64,000 nt of DNA, from the NCBI GenBank assembly GCA_965197745.1, contig CBDANS010000007.1:704001-768000 (forward strand), in the 5' to 3' direction. Positions 1 to 9,920 of the stretch are shown piece after piece (position 1 is the stretch's first letter; every line of letters begins with the position of its first letter). Position numbers and translations under genes: made by a program. Source of the stretch: Opitutales bacterium. GTDB lineage: Bacteria; Verrucomicrobiota; Verrucomicrobiia; Opitutales; PNEW01. The notes beneath the pieces were generated by a model. It saw only the letters and a program-made list of their open reading frames with translations, was not told where the DNA came from and made no database searches.

Positions 1-294
1 ATTGGGACAAATCATCAGCCAAGAATTGTTCATATTAACGACCGCGATGTCGAAGCCATTCCCGAGGGAAAGATATTACTTTTGGAAAACAAAGATGTAC
101 CAGGAATAGTAGGTATTCTGGGAACGATTCTGGGTAAAGATCGTGTTAACATTGCTAATATGTCACTGAGCCGCAATGATGTGGGAGGGAGAGCCTTGAC
201 TGTCCTGCAGTTGGATTCGGTTCCCAGCGAAGCAGCACTCAACGATTTTGAAAATTTAGATGCAATACTGAATGTGCATCTCGTTGAATTCTGA
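1..294 (+). CDS. serA: D-3-phosphoglycerate dehydrogenase, 3' end (ACT domain), truncated by the window edge
   Basis: Frame 1 is open from base 1. ENKDVPGIVGILGTILGKDRVNIANMSLSR matches the C-terminal ACT domain of long-form SerA. Confidence 0.85.
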   Translation: MGTNHQPRIVHINDRDVEAIPEGKILLLENKDVPGIVGILGTILGKDRVNIANMSLSRNDVGGRALTVLQLDSVPSEAALNDFENLDAILNVHLVEF

Positions 295-332
295 AGCTGG
301 CACATTTTAAATTGGCTACCCATAGAGATGGT

Positions 333-932
333 ATGAGTATTTTTGAAATAGTTGCAGTGAGCCTGATTGGATATATGATTGGATCGATACCCTTTGCGGT
401 CATTATCGGTAAAATTCATGGCATCGATATTTTCAAGGTAGGAAGCGGAAGTCCAGGCGCTACGAATATTAAACGTTCCATCAGCAGAAGCGCTGGAAAT
501 CTTTGCTTTGCGCTCGATTTTCTTAAAGGTGTAGCGGCTGCGGGATGGCCAAAAATTCCGATATTAGGGACTGAAAACGCTATGGACCTGGCCATCATTG
601 GACTATTCGCGGCTATCATCGGTCATAGCTTTTCGATCTTTATCAGATTTCGAGGAGGTAAGGGTGTTGCGACAACGATGGGGGGGTTGATTGTTATCAC
701 TCCGCTGGTCCTTATCGTAGGGGTTCTCGTATGGTCAGTAATTTTTTTCGCTTTTCGTTATGTGTCTTTAGCCTCACTCGCGTTCGGGATAAGCTTACCG
801 ATAACAAGTCTCATCGTCAGTATCTTCGATGCGCGGTTTTGGCTTTGTCTCGCTCTTACCGTGATTATTTTCATCCGGCACCGATCAAATATAATAAGAC
901 TGCTGCAAGGGAGAGAAAATCGTTTTCAATAA
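333..932 (+). CDS. plsY: Glycerol-3-phosphate acyltransferase PlsY
   Basis: Motifs GYMIGSIP, GSGSPGATN, GHSFSIF..FRGGKGVAT and RHRSNI; hydrophobic protein. ATG at 333 is preferred over TTG at 312. Confidence 0.95.
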   Translation: MSIFEIVAVSLIGYMIGSIPFAVIIGKIHGIDIFKVGSGSPGATNIKRSISRSAGNLCFALDFLKGVAAAGWPKIPILGTENAMDLAIIGLFAAIIGHSFSIFIRFRGGKGVATTMGGLIVITPLVLIVGVLVWSVIFFAFRYVSLASLAFGISLPITSLIVSIFDARFWLCLALTVIIFIRHRSNIIRLLQGRENRFQ

Positions 933-979
933 TCTTTTCTTCGGCATAATGCTGATTATTTTAGTAAACAGAATATAAA

Positions 980-2308
980 ATGGTAGAAAAACGAGTAGTT
1001 AAAATAGGACTCATTGGCCTTGGAATCGTAGGTGAGGGAGTCTGGAAGCATATTCAGAAAAACCGTGTTACCCTCGATCGCCGATTAGGCGCGCGCTTGG
1101 AGCTGTGCAAAGTAGCGGTGCAAAATCTGAAAAAGAAACGGGCATTAAAAATTCCCAGCAATCAACTTACCAATGATCCCATGGATGTAGCTACGGACCC
1201 GGAGATTGACATTGTCTGCGAGTTAATGGGGGGAACCGGGATAGCTAAAAAGGTTACCCTAGCAGCATTAAAAAAGGGTAAAATTGTGGTCACCGCGAAT
1301 AAGGCTTTAATCTGCAAACATGGCGCTCAACTTTTTGAAACTGCTCGAAAAGGTGGCGGTCACTACTTTTTTGAAGCGAGCGTCGGTGGGGGAATACCAA
1401 TAATTAAAGTGATTCGGGAAGGACTTGTCGCCAATCGCTTCAGCCTCATTTATGGAATCCTTAACGGTACTTGCAATTATATCCTTACACGAATGGATCG
1501 CGAGGGATTAACCTTCGATCAAACATTGGAATCAGCTCGTGAATTAGGATATGTTGAAGCAGATGAATCCCTTGATCTCGATGGTTGGGACACCGCCCAC
1601 AAAGCAGTGATCCTCTCTTATCTTGCTCACGGCAAATGGGTGAAACTCAAGGATGTTCCAGTTGAAGGAATCAGGAAAATCACACTTCAGGATATACAAT
1701 GGGCGAGCGAACTGGGTTATAAATTAAAGCTCCTGGGTATTATCAGTCAAAATGGACAGGGCAAATCAATCTCTGTCCGCGTGCACCCTGCGCTTATTCG
1801 TAAAGAGAAAATGATAGCCAATGTGGACGGCGTCTATAATGCGGTAAGTGTAAGCGGTGATATTGTTGGATCCAATGTCCATATCGGCCGAGGAGCGGGA
1901 CAGGATGCCACCGCCAGTGCCGTTATCGGCGATGTTGCTGATGCGGTTAGCACCATCCTGGGAATTCCGCCCCCGGTAGTGTTGGAAGATGATGCTGAGC
2001 TCTATGCTTCTCTAGGTAGCAATATAAAATTATCCTCCCTCGAAGAAGTGACGGGTCAATATTATATCCGCCTGAGCGTCACCGATAAACCCGGTGTTCT
2101 CGCGGAAATCTCAACCGTAATGGCCAATCACAATGTAAGTATTGCCAGTTTGATTCAACCTGAACAAAGCGATCATAAACCGGCCACCCTCATTTTAACG
2201 ACGCACCAAAGTAATGAAAAGAATATACAGGATACAATGCGCGATATAAAAAGACTTAAGACTGTTCATGGCGCTCCTTTCCTCTTACGTATTGTCAATT
2301 TCGATTAA
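980..2308 (+). CDS. hom: Homoserine dehydrogenase with C-terminal ACT domain
   Basis: GLGIVG Rossmann motif, VVTANK, FEASVGGGIP, GILNGTCNYIL, GRGAG..ATASAV. Confidence 0.96.
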   Translation: MVEKRVVKIGLIGLGIVGEGVWKHIQKNRVTLDRRLGARLELCKVAVQNLKKKRALKIPSNQLTNDPMDVATDPEIDIVCELMGGTGIAKKVTLAALKKGKIVVTANKALICKHGAQLFETARKGGGHYFFEASVGGGIPIIKVIREGLVANRFSLIYGILNGTCNYILTRMDREGLTFDQTLESARELGYVEADESLDLDGWDTAHKAVILSYLAHGKWVKLKDVPVEGIRKITLQDIQWASELGYKLKLLGIISQNGQGKSISVRVHPALIRKEKMIANVDGVYNAVSVSGDIVGSNVHIGRGAGQDATASAVIGDVADAVSTILGIPPPVVLEDDAELYASLGSNIKLSSLEEVTGQYYIRLSVTDKPGVLAEISTVMANHNVSIASLIQPEQSDHKPATLILTTHQSNEKNIQDTMRDIKRLKTVHGAPFLLRIVNFD

Positions 2309-2326
2309 ATTTAAGATAGGGAAGCA

Positions 2327-3544
2327 ATGGCGCTGGTAGTTCAAAAGTATGGGGGTACCTCGGTAGGAGATATCGACCGCATTAAAAACGTGGCTAATCG
2401 GATCAAGGCGACGCGTGATTCAGGCAATAATGTGCTTGTCGTTGTCTCCGCGCGATCGGGCGTGACGAACCGTCTTATTGCTGATGCAAAAACGCTTCAT
2501 CCCAACCCCAATGAGCGTGAGTTGGATATGCTCCTTACCGTGGGGGAACGGGAGACGATAGCGTTAACCGCCATCGCTTTGCATGCCCTCGATGTGCCCG
2601 CAGTATCTCGCACCGGTCGGCAAGCAGGCATCATAACTAATCCGGAACATACCCGTGCACGTATCCTCACGATTGAAGGAGGAGATTTAAGGAATCTGCT
2701 AGAGCAAGGGAATGTGGTTATTGTCGCCGGTTTTCAGGGTGTCAATGAGGATGGTCAAGTAACCACCCTCGGCCGGGGAGGGTCGGATTTGTCCGCCATT
2801 GCTTTGGCGGCGGCAGTAAAGGCTGACCTGTGCCAGATTTTTACCGATGTTGAAGGTGTTTATACCGCGGATCCGCGAATCGTGCCCAACGCACGCAAAA
2901 TGGATGAAATATCCTATGATGAGATGCTTGAGCTGGCCAGCAGTGGTTCAAAAGTAATGCAGCCCCGATCCGTTGAATTCGCCTATAAGCACGGTGTTGA
3001 ATTTGAAATTCGTTCTAGTTTTAATAATAACCAAGGAACCATAGTGAAGGGTGAATTAACCTCAATGGAAGATGTCGTCGTCCGAGGTGTAGCCGTCGAC
3101 AAAAATCAAGCTAAAATCATAGTCAGCGGAATTCCCGATCGTCCAGGTACCGCAGCTGAAGTATTCAGTGCACTGGCCGAGGTCGAAGTCAATGTTGACA
3201 TGATCGTTCAGAATGTAGGACGAGGAGGGAAAGCAAATTTGACCTTTACGGTTTCCTTCGATGACGCGTCACGCGCTGAAAACACCGTAGCCGGTGTCCT
3301 CGACGATATCGGTGGCAGTAATGTTAAAATAGCTGATCCCATCGCTAAACTTTCGGTAGTGGGGGTGGGTATGAGAAGTCACAGTGGAATTGCCGCCAAA
3401 CTTTTTTCTGCCCTTGCTGAGGCTAAAATAAACATACAACTGATCAGTACCTCTGAAATAAAAATATCTGTCGTTATTGATTTGGAAAATGCAGATGAAG
3501 CCTGTCGCGTGGCCCATCAGATTTTCGACTTGGACAAAGGTTAA
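2327..3544 (+). CDS. lysC: Aspartate kinase
   Basis: VQKYGGTSV, TTLGRGGSD, TDVEGVYTADP, two ACT domains ending ISTSEIKIS. Confidence 0.96.
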   Translation: MALVVQKYGGTSVGDIDRIKNVANRIKATRDSGNNVLVVVSARSGVTNRLIADAKTLHPNPNERELDMLLTVGERETIALTAIALHALDVPAVSRTGRQAGIITNPEHTRARILTIEGGDLRNLLEQGNVVIVAGFQGVNEDGQVTTLGRGGSDLSAIALAAAVKADLCQIFTDVEGVYTADPRIVPNARKMDEISYDEMLELASSGSKVMQPRSVEFAYKHGVEFEIRSSFNNNQGTIVKGELTSMEDVVVRGVAVDKNQAKIIVSGIPDRPGTAAEVFSALAEVEVNVDMIVQNVGRGGKANLTFTVSFDDASRAENTVAGVLDDIGGSNVKIADPIAKLSVVGVGMRSHSGIAAKLFSALAEAKINIQLISTSEIKISVVIDLENADEACRVAHQIFDLDKG

Positions 3545-3550
3545 GTCGTT

Positions 3551-4912
3551 ATGAAATATATCAGCACGAGGGGGCAGTCGCCCCCAGTCTCTTTTGCGGA
3601 GGCTGTAGAAACGGGATTGGCCCCCGATGGGGGTCTCTACCTGCCTATGGATATTCCGGATTTATCCGCTTTTTTACAGGATTGGGAAACGCTGAATTAT
3701 GCCGACCTCTGTTTTGAGTTTATCAAGCACTTTACCCAGGGCTACGACTTAGCATTGCTTCGCAGCATGGTAAATGATGCCTACTCACGGTTTTCAAATC
3801 CTGAGATTGCGCCACTTGTCTGCTTGAATGAAGATTTGTATGTCCTCGAATTGTTTCACGGGCCAACTCTCGCTTTTAAGGATTTTGCGCTCCAATTGCT
3901 CGGTAATTTGTACACGGAACAGATACAGCGAACCGGAAATAAATTAAATGCTTTCTGTGCTACTTCGGGAGACACAGGAGCCGCCGCTATTCACGGATTG
4001 TTAGATAAACCGGGTGCTCATATTTTCATTCTCTATCCGCAAGGGCGCATTTCTGATTTACAGGAAAGACAGATGACCTGTACCGGCGCAAATAATGTTT
4101 TCCCCCTCGCTATTGAAGGCTCATTTGATGATACCCAGACTGTCCTTAAGGAAATATTTACCGATCATGAATTTCGGTCAAAGTATCATCTTTCAGCGGT
4201 TAACTCGATCAATCTCGCTCGCATTCTAGCGCAGTGCGTCTATTACTTTTTTGCCTGGTTCAGATTACCTTCCGACAAACGTGATAATGTAGAATTTGTC
4301 GTTCCCACGGGTAATTTTGGTAATATTCTGGCCGGATGGCTTGCGCAAAAAATGGGCCTCCCCGTGAAATCGCTAAAAATTGCGACCAATAGAAATGATA
4401 TTCTCTACCGCTTGTTTAAAACGGGGGATTATACCGTTGCTCAAGTTGAACCCAGCCATGCCCCTTCCATGGATATCCAGGTTTCCTCAAATTTTGAGCG
4501 CTTTATTTACTACGCTGAGGGATGTAATCCCGAACGGGTCGTTGAAATAATGACGCAGTTTAAATCTACCGGCTCATATAAATTCAGCAATTTTAATCCA
4601 GATACGTTTTCAGCTTCACGCATGCTCGATGATGAAATAGAAGAAATTATTCGTCGGGTGCACGAAGATTATGGCTATGTCCTCGATCCGCATACGGCAT
4701 GTTGCTTTAAGGAAATCGATCCGGAAAAGACGACTGTGGCACTGGCTACTGCTCACCCGGCTAAGTTTCCCGATACTATTCAGAAAGCCATAGGAACAGT
4801 CCCTCTTGCTGATTCCCTGGAAGCGTTAAAGACTAAGGAAAGCATATACTTTTCCATTGTTCCAGAAAAACGAGTGATTCAGAAATTTATCGAAGATCAC
4901 GCGGTGGCATAA
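3551..4912 (+). CDS. thrC: Threonine synthase
   Basis: MKYISTRG start, ELFHGPTLAFKD (PLP lysine), ATSGDTG, PTGNFGN, TAHPAKF. Confidence 0.97.
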   Translation: MKYISTRGQSPPVSFAEAVETGLAPDGGLYLPMDIPDLSAFLQDWETLNYADLCFEFIKHFTQGYDLALLRSMVNDAYSRFSNPEIAPLVCLNEDLYVLELFHGPTLAFKDFALQLLGNLYTEQIQRTGNKLNAFCATSGDTGAAAIHGLLDKPGAHIFILYPQGRISDLQERQMTCTGANNVFPLAIEGSFDDTQTVLKEIFTDHEFRSKYHLSAVNSINLARILAQCVYYFFAWFRLPSDKRDNVEFVVPTGNFGNILAGWLAQKMGLPVKSLKIATNRNDILYRLFKTGDYTVAQVEPSHAPSMDIQVSSNFERFIYYAEGCNPERVVEIMTQFKSTGSYKFSNFNPDTFSASRMLDDEIEEIIRRVHEDYGYVLDPHTACCFKEIDPEKTTVALATAHPAKFPDTIQKAIGTVPLADSLEALKTKESIYFSIVPEKRVIQKFIEDHAVA

Positions 4913-4968
4913 AAGAAGTGTTGTCAATACTGTGGCGAGCGCATTAATTGATAGACAAAATTTTTATC

Positions 4969-6552
4969 ATGGGCAGGAAACAAAAAATACTTATCTACGA
5001 TACGACACTGCGAGACGGAACGCAGGGTGAAGGAATATCTTTTTCTGTATCTTCAAAGATAAGAATTACGAAAAAACTGGATCAATTTGGAATTGATTAC
5101 ATCGAAGGTGGTTGGCCGGGTTCCAACCCGCGCGATATGGCATACTTTGACGCGGTTAAAGATGTTAAACTTAAGCGTGCAAAAATTACAACCTTCGGTA
5201 TGACAAGGCGCGCTGATCTCAGCGCAAAAAAAGATTCCCAATTAGACTTATTACTTAAATCTGAAACCGATGTTGTAGCCATATTCGGGAAGAGCTGGTT
5301 ATTACATGTGCACGAAGTGATTCGCACTACGCCAGATGAAAACCTGAGAATGATCGAAGATTCGATTGCTTACATCAAAAGTAAAAACAAAGAGGTTATT
5401 TACGATGCCGAGCATTTTTATGATGGATACAAGGATGATCCTGACTATGCCGTGAAAACACTTGAAGTCGCGATAGCGGGAGGCGCGGACTATTTCGTGC
5501 TCTGCGATACAAATGGCGGTAATCTCGCTGAATATATTTATGATGTGACGGCATGTATTGTGGATAAATTTCCAAAAATAAAAGTTGGCGTGCACTGTCA
5601 TAACGATATCGGATTGGGCGTGGCGACATCGCTTTCCGGGATCCGCGCAGGGGCGACAATGGTGCACGGGACTTTAAATGGATACGGAGAGCGCAATGGG
5701 AATGCTAATCTTACCACCATCATCCCCAATCTGAGTTTGAAGATGGAATATGCCATGAATTGTGGAAAACATTTAAAGAAATTACGCGACCTCTCCCTCT
5801 TTATTGATGACTTGGGCAATCTAAGACCGGACACCAAAGCGCCCTACGTGGGCGCCAGTTCATTCGCTCATAAAGGGGGCATTCATGCCAATGCCGCTTC
5901 TAAAGATTCCCGTAGTTACGAACATATCGATCCCGCGCTGGTCGGTAATCGGCAACGTGTTCTCGTTTCCGATCTATCAGGTCGCAGCAGTATTATGATG
6001 AAAGCCCAGGAAATTGGTGTGTCACTCGACCCAAAGTCCTCAGACTTAAAGGGTTTTCTAGGTGAATTAAAAAAACTGGAATATCGAGGGTATGAATTTG
6101 AAGCGGCTGATGCTTCATTTAATTTACTCCTGCGCCGTTGGTTAAAAAAACAGAAGCTACCTTTTGAACTGATAGGTTATCGCGTTATTGTTGAACGCGA
6201 TGAGGAAGAAAATAAATTAATTTCTGAAGCAACGGTTAAAATAAAAGTTGACGGAAAAACACTTCATACCGTTGCCGAATCCCACGGCCCCGTGGGCGCT
6301 CTTGATCACGCTTTGCGTCAGGCACTGGAAAATGCATATAAGGGAATAAAGGATGTCAATCTCACTGATTTTAAAGTCCGTATCCTCGATAGCGGAGAAG
6401 GGACAGAGGCGCGTATCCGTGTGCAGATCGAATCAACAGATGGAAAAGAAATTTGGGGAACGGTTGGCGCCAGCGATAATATTATCGAAGCCAGCTGGGA
6501 AGCGCTTAGAGATTCAGTAGAATATAAAATTTTACTGGATAATAAGAAATAG
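4969..6552 (+). CDS. cimA: Citramalate synthase (LeuA/CimA family)
   Basis: YDTTLRDGTQGEG, YIEGGWPGSNP, YDAEHFYDG, HCHND and WGTVGASDNIIEASW, typical of the bacterial CimA subfamily. Confidence 0.9.
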   Translation: MGRKQKILIYDTTLRDGTQGEGISFSVSSKIRITKKLDQFGIDYIEGGWPGSNPRDMAYFDAVKDVKLKRAKITTFGMTRRADLSAKKDSQLDLLLKSETDVVAIFGKSWLLHVHEVIRTTPDENLRMIEDSIAYIKSKNKEVIYDAEHFYDGYKDDPDYAVKTLEVAIAGGADYFVLCDTNGGNLAEYIYDVTACIVDKFPKIKVGVHCHNDIGLGVATSLSGIRAGATMVHGTLNGYGERNGNANLTTIIPNLSLKMEYAMNCGKHLKKLRDLSLFIDDLGNLRPDTKAPYVGASSFAHKGGIHANAASKDSRSYEHIDPALVGNRQRVLVSDLSGRSSIMMKAQEIGVSLDPKSSDLKGFLGELKKLEYRGYEFEAADASFNLLLRRWLKKQKLPFELIGYRVIVERDEEENKLISEATVKIKVDGKTLHTVAESHGPVGALDHALRQALENAYKGIKDVNLTDFKVRILDSGEGTEARIRVQIESTDGKEIWGTVGASDNIIEASWEALRDSVEYKILLDNKK

Positions 6553-6660
6553 AAAATAGGATTGGTGTTATGACGAGGATTTATTCTTAGTCATTCTCTT
6601 CGTCTTCTTTACTAAGATATATTAAGCATTAAATCTATGCCTATATCTCTAACTCCTAAA

Positions 6661-6822
6661 CGGCCACGACAACGCGTGGCCCTCCCATTTGTTCTTTTTC
6701 TGGAGGGGCGCGCGTCGTCTCGTCCGCTGGGAAGTTTGAGAAATAGTCTTAAATATATTACCTGAAATTTTAAATAAATAGGGTTAAAAAGGACTAAGAC
6801 AAGGAGGCAGACGAAGACGAAG
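6661..6822. repeat. Inverted REP-like pair (6661-6685 / 6702-6726) plus family A element on the minus strand (6702-6822)
   Basis: CGGCCACGACAACGCGTGGCCCTCC, a spacer, GGAGGGGCGCGCGTCGTCTCGTCCG, then the reverse complement of the A body ending GGAGGCAGACGAAGACGAAG. Confidence 0.9.
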
Positions 6823-6866
6823 CTTTTGAATACTCTTTAAAGGTATACAACTATTGTTAGGCCGCA

Positions 6867-7814
6867 TTATTCAGAGAGATGGTTATTCTGAAATAAGATT
6901 GTGGGATCTTCACCTGCGGAAAGGAATCGACCTTCTTTCAGAGATTGATTAAATTTTCCATTCCTCCAATAGCTCAGGCGATAGAGCATGGCAAATTGAA
7001 ATTCCGGGGACAAACTTCCTGGGCCACCGATGCGTTCCGCCCCTCGCATAACATTCTCGATTAATCGCGCTGCTATACGGAGATGATAGGGACTTCTTTC
7101 AACCTCGCCTCTATGAAATGATAACGCCGTAATTAAGTCAGCGACGCCATTATTGTTACACTCTATCAATAGATTGGGATCGTTCATCGCGCCCCAGGTT
7201 TCAGTCTCAACACAGTAACATGAAAAGTCAGGGGGCATGAGCTTTAAGGCATCAACAACAAGCAAATGGGTTCCAATATGCGTAGCATGCCAGTCCCCGG
7301 CATGGGGGAAGAAGATGATTTCTGGCCGATGTTGATCCAGAATGGATATAATGATATCCACGCATTGCGACCAATAAGCAGTATCATTTTCACGCGTTTG
7401 TTCATTTATACTATCAAATCCATCATCGCTTACAGTGACCAAATCAAAACCTATGTATCGACAGCAGTTGCGCAGTTCCTGCAGACGATTCGACCGGCGA
7501 TCTTTATTGCTTCCCAGCGTTATGGCGATGTTCGTAACCTGCATTTTGCTTTCTCGCATCAACCGTAACGGGAGGTGGCCTATAAATACTTCATCATCAG
7601 GGTGGGGTGAGAATATTAATATTTTGGGAGCATTCTCCGGCAGATCAGGCTTGGATAGTTCAGGCCACCCACCACAGGGCAGTTGCTTCGCCTCTTTAAG
7701 AAGATTATCCAGTGCATGGATGTATTCATGATAGGATTGTATCTTGATTGATTTTTTATACTGCAAAATACACGTTATCATTAGCAATAAACTTTGTATT
7801 CGTCCAGCGGACAT
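6867..7814 (-). CDS. PIG-L/LmbE family deacetylase
   Basis: SPHPDDE metal motif, R..E, and HAGDWHATH. True start may be further downstream. Confidence 0.85.
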   Translation of the reverse strand: MSAGRIQSLLLMITCILQYKKSIKIQSYHEYIHALDNLLKEAKQLPCGGWPELSKPDLPENAPKILIFSPHPDDEVFIGHLPLRLMRESKMQVTNIAITLGSNKDRRSNRLQELRNCCRYIGFDLVTVSDDGFDSINEQTRENDTAYWSQCVDIIISILDQHRPEIIFFPHAGDWHATHIGTHLLVVDALKLMPPDFSCYCVETETWGAMNDPNLLIECNNNGVADLITALSFHRGEVERSPYHLRIAARLIENVMRGAERIGGPGSLSPEFQFAMLYRLSYWRNGKFNQSLKEGRFLSAGEDPTILFQNNHLSE

Positions 7815-7870
7815 ACTTCATCCCCCCAAAAGATAGCCACATAAGGCACAAGATATACAAAAAAGAAAGT

Positions 7871-7993
7871 GGAGGGCTACGCGTCGTCGTGGCCGTGGCC
7901 GTTTGAAATTTTGAGAAATAGTCTTAGAAATAATACCACTTATTTTTAAGTAATTAGGGTAAAAGAGGACGAAGACGAGGAGGCAGACGAAGA
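7871..7993 (-). repeat. Family A element with terminal REP-like hairpin
   Basis: GGAGGGCTACGCGTCGTCGTGGCCG...GAGAAATAGTCTTAG...TAATTAGGGTAAA...GGACGAAGACGAGGAGGCAGACGAAGA. Confidence 0.9.
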
Positions 7994-8255
7994 TTCATTG
8001 TATGATGATTTACCTTAATCCTCGTCTTCGACCATCCCTATAAAATTTACCCATCTGGGCTAGACAAACCTTGTAATTCTCTAATTAAGTCGCTTCTCTT
8101 TAACTCTATAATCCCGGGTTTTCTCCATGGCGATGGGCATAATTTTAAGATTTTTTCAGAATCCTATTGCAATATTATCAAAAATTTTCCATTTTCGCCG
8201 GTTTGCAAACTTTAAGCGTCCCCATTTAATTACCATTTAACGGAGAGATTGCATC

Positions 8256-8468
8256 TTGAGAGACGACTATATAGAAGAAGCCCAAAAAATTATTCCTGAT
8301 CCCAATATTCTTATCAATGTGGTATCGCGCCGGGTAAAACAGCTTAAATACGGCAATAAACCATTGGTGGAATCATTGGAAAGGTTGAGTCCTGAAGATA
8401 TTGCCTTGAGAGAGATCATTGAGGGCAAAATCAGCTACGAGCTTTACGATCCGGAAAATCAAGACTGA
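8256..8468 (+). CDS. rpoZ: RNA polymerase omega subunit
   Basis: 70 aa, LINVVSRRVKQL...DIALREIIEGKI; TTG start. Confidence 0.9.
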   Translation: MRDDYIEEAQKIIPDPNILINVVSRRVKQLKYGNKPLVESLERLSPEDIALREIIEGKISYELYDPENQD

Positions 8469-8572
8469 TTTTGGCCAACGAGGGAGGGTTGCTCACCACT
8501 ACCTGTTGGCCTTATCCGTTTCACTTATTTATTGCTGAAAAGGATGGAGCTGACTTTTGTGTGGGATGAACC

Positions 8573-9049
8573 ATGCCTGCGAAAAAAACAGATTCGGATC
8601 GTTACCGGGAAATACGCAACGCCAAGGTCCTGCGCGATTATTTCGTGGAGGATACCCGCGAAGCAGGGATCGTCTTAACCGGCACGGAAGTTAAATCGAT
8701 ACGCATTGGGCGGGCACAGATCAGTGATGCCTTCGCCCGTATTGAGAAAGGGGAGGTTTTTCTCCACCATGCCCATATCGATGAATATCCATTTGGTAAT
8801 CTCAATAATCACAAACCCTATCGTCCGCGTAAACTGATCTTGCACAAAAAAGAGATCAGAAAACTAGAGATCGAACTGCAGAGCGGTGGTAAAGCTTTAA
8901 TTCCAACACGGCTTTATTTTAAAAAGGGACTTGTGAAAGTGCAGATTGCTTTGTGCAAAGGTAAAAAACTTTATGATAAGCGTGAAGATCTTAAAAAGAA
9001 AGCAATGTTGCGGGAAGCTGAAAATGCAGTTAAGAATCATAGAGTCTAA
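8573..9049 (+). CDS. smpB: SsrA-binding protein
   Basis: EAGIVLTGTEVKSIR, RKLILHKKEI, KGKKLYDKRE. Confidence 0.98.
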   Translation: MPAKKTDSDRYREIRNAKVLRDYFVEDTREAGIVLTGTEVKSIRIGRAQISDAFARIEKGEVFLHHAHIDEYPFGNLNNHKPYRPRKLILHKKEIRKLEIELQSGGKALIPTRLYFKKGLVKVQIALCKGKKLYDKREDLKKKAMLREAENAVKNHRV

Positions 9050-9117
9050 GAAACACTTATTCGATCAAGGGCAAGCGAAGACGAAGATTAATTAACTATG
9101 TTAACCCTCATTTTCCC

Positions 9118-9579
9118 GTGCTGCATATCATACTATATGAACCGGAAATACCCCAAAATACGGGTAATATTGGTAGATTATGCGCCATCACGCGATCCAG
9201 GTTACATCTTATCCACCCTCTTGGTTTTAAAATTAATGACCGCCATCTTAAAAGAAGCGGGATGGATTACTGGCACACGCTTGACCTGCATCATCACGAT
9301 GACTGGGAGCATTTTTTAAAGTGTAAGGAGCGCCCGCAAAAAATCTGGTTATTTACGACCAAAGCCTCCCCTTTCTTTTGGGATGTTGGATTTTCAGATG
9401 GCGACGGTCTGCTCTTTGGAAATGAAGGATCAGGTTGCCCCCAAAGCATTCATTTGTGGGTTGGAGAAGAACACCGCGTGACTATACCTCAACCCAATAG
9501 CGAATTACGCTCTCTCAATCTTTCCACCAGTGTGGGCATAGCGACCTATGAGGCCATCCGTCAATTCGGTTTTTTATGA
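9118..9579 (+). CDS. trmL: tRNA (cytidine/uridine-34 2'-O)-methyltransferase
   Basis: LYEPEIPQNTGNIGRLC, RSGMDYW, FGNEGSG, RSLNLS. Confidence 0.95.
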   Translation: MLHIILYEPEIPQNTGNIGRLCAITRSRLHLIHPLGFKINDRHLKRSGMDYWHTLDLHHHDDWEHFLKCKERPQKIWLFTTKASPFFWDVGFSDGDGLLFGNEGSGCPQSIHLWVGEEHRVTIPQPNSELRSLNLSTSVGIATYEAIRQFGFL

Positions 9580-9775
9580 CATCTTCAACGACAAATAGAT
9601 AATGTTCATCTCCTGGTTTATTTATCCGAGGGTCAAAAGAGCGGAGCGAGTTATCTATTTTACTTTCGAGGAAGGCTTCATTTTTAGGGAGGGTAGTCAG
9701 GCTACGGTGAATAGTAGAAGCCAAATGTTTCAGTCCTGAAAGATCATCTTCACGAATTAGTCGAAGGATAAATAA
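9578..9775 (-). pseudogene. astA: 5' fragment of arginine N-succinyltransferase (AstA/AruF-like)
   Basis: Translates LFILRLIREDDLSGLKHLASTIHRSLTTLPKNEAFLESKIDNSLRSF...DEHYLFVVED, resembling the AstA N-terminus (LTSLP, YxFVLED). No start codon at the expected position, and similarity ends at the trmL stop. Confidence 0.75.
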
Positions 9776-9920
9776 ATATTATGATTAATCCTATTTAATT
9801 TTAATTTAAAAATAAAATCGCAAATTCGCGATCGACTATTGTAAGCAAGCAATCGATTATCGTGACTGATGTGAATTTATCCTCTGACTTTTGACCTTCA
9901 AACTTTGATTTTCGACTAAA

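Noticed and set aside
8469..9117. tmRNA or tRNA next to smpB
   Set aside because: No tRNA-like ends or cloverleaf recognisable by eye; ARAGORN or tRNAscan-SE would settle it.
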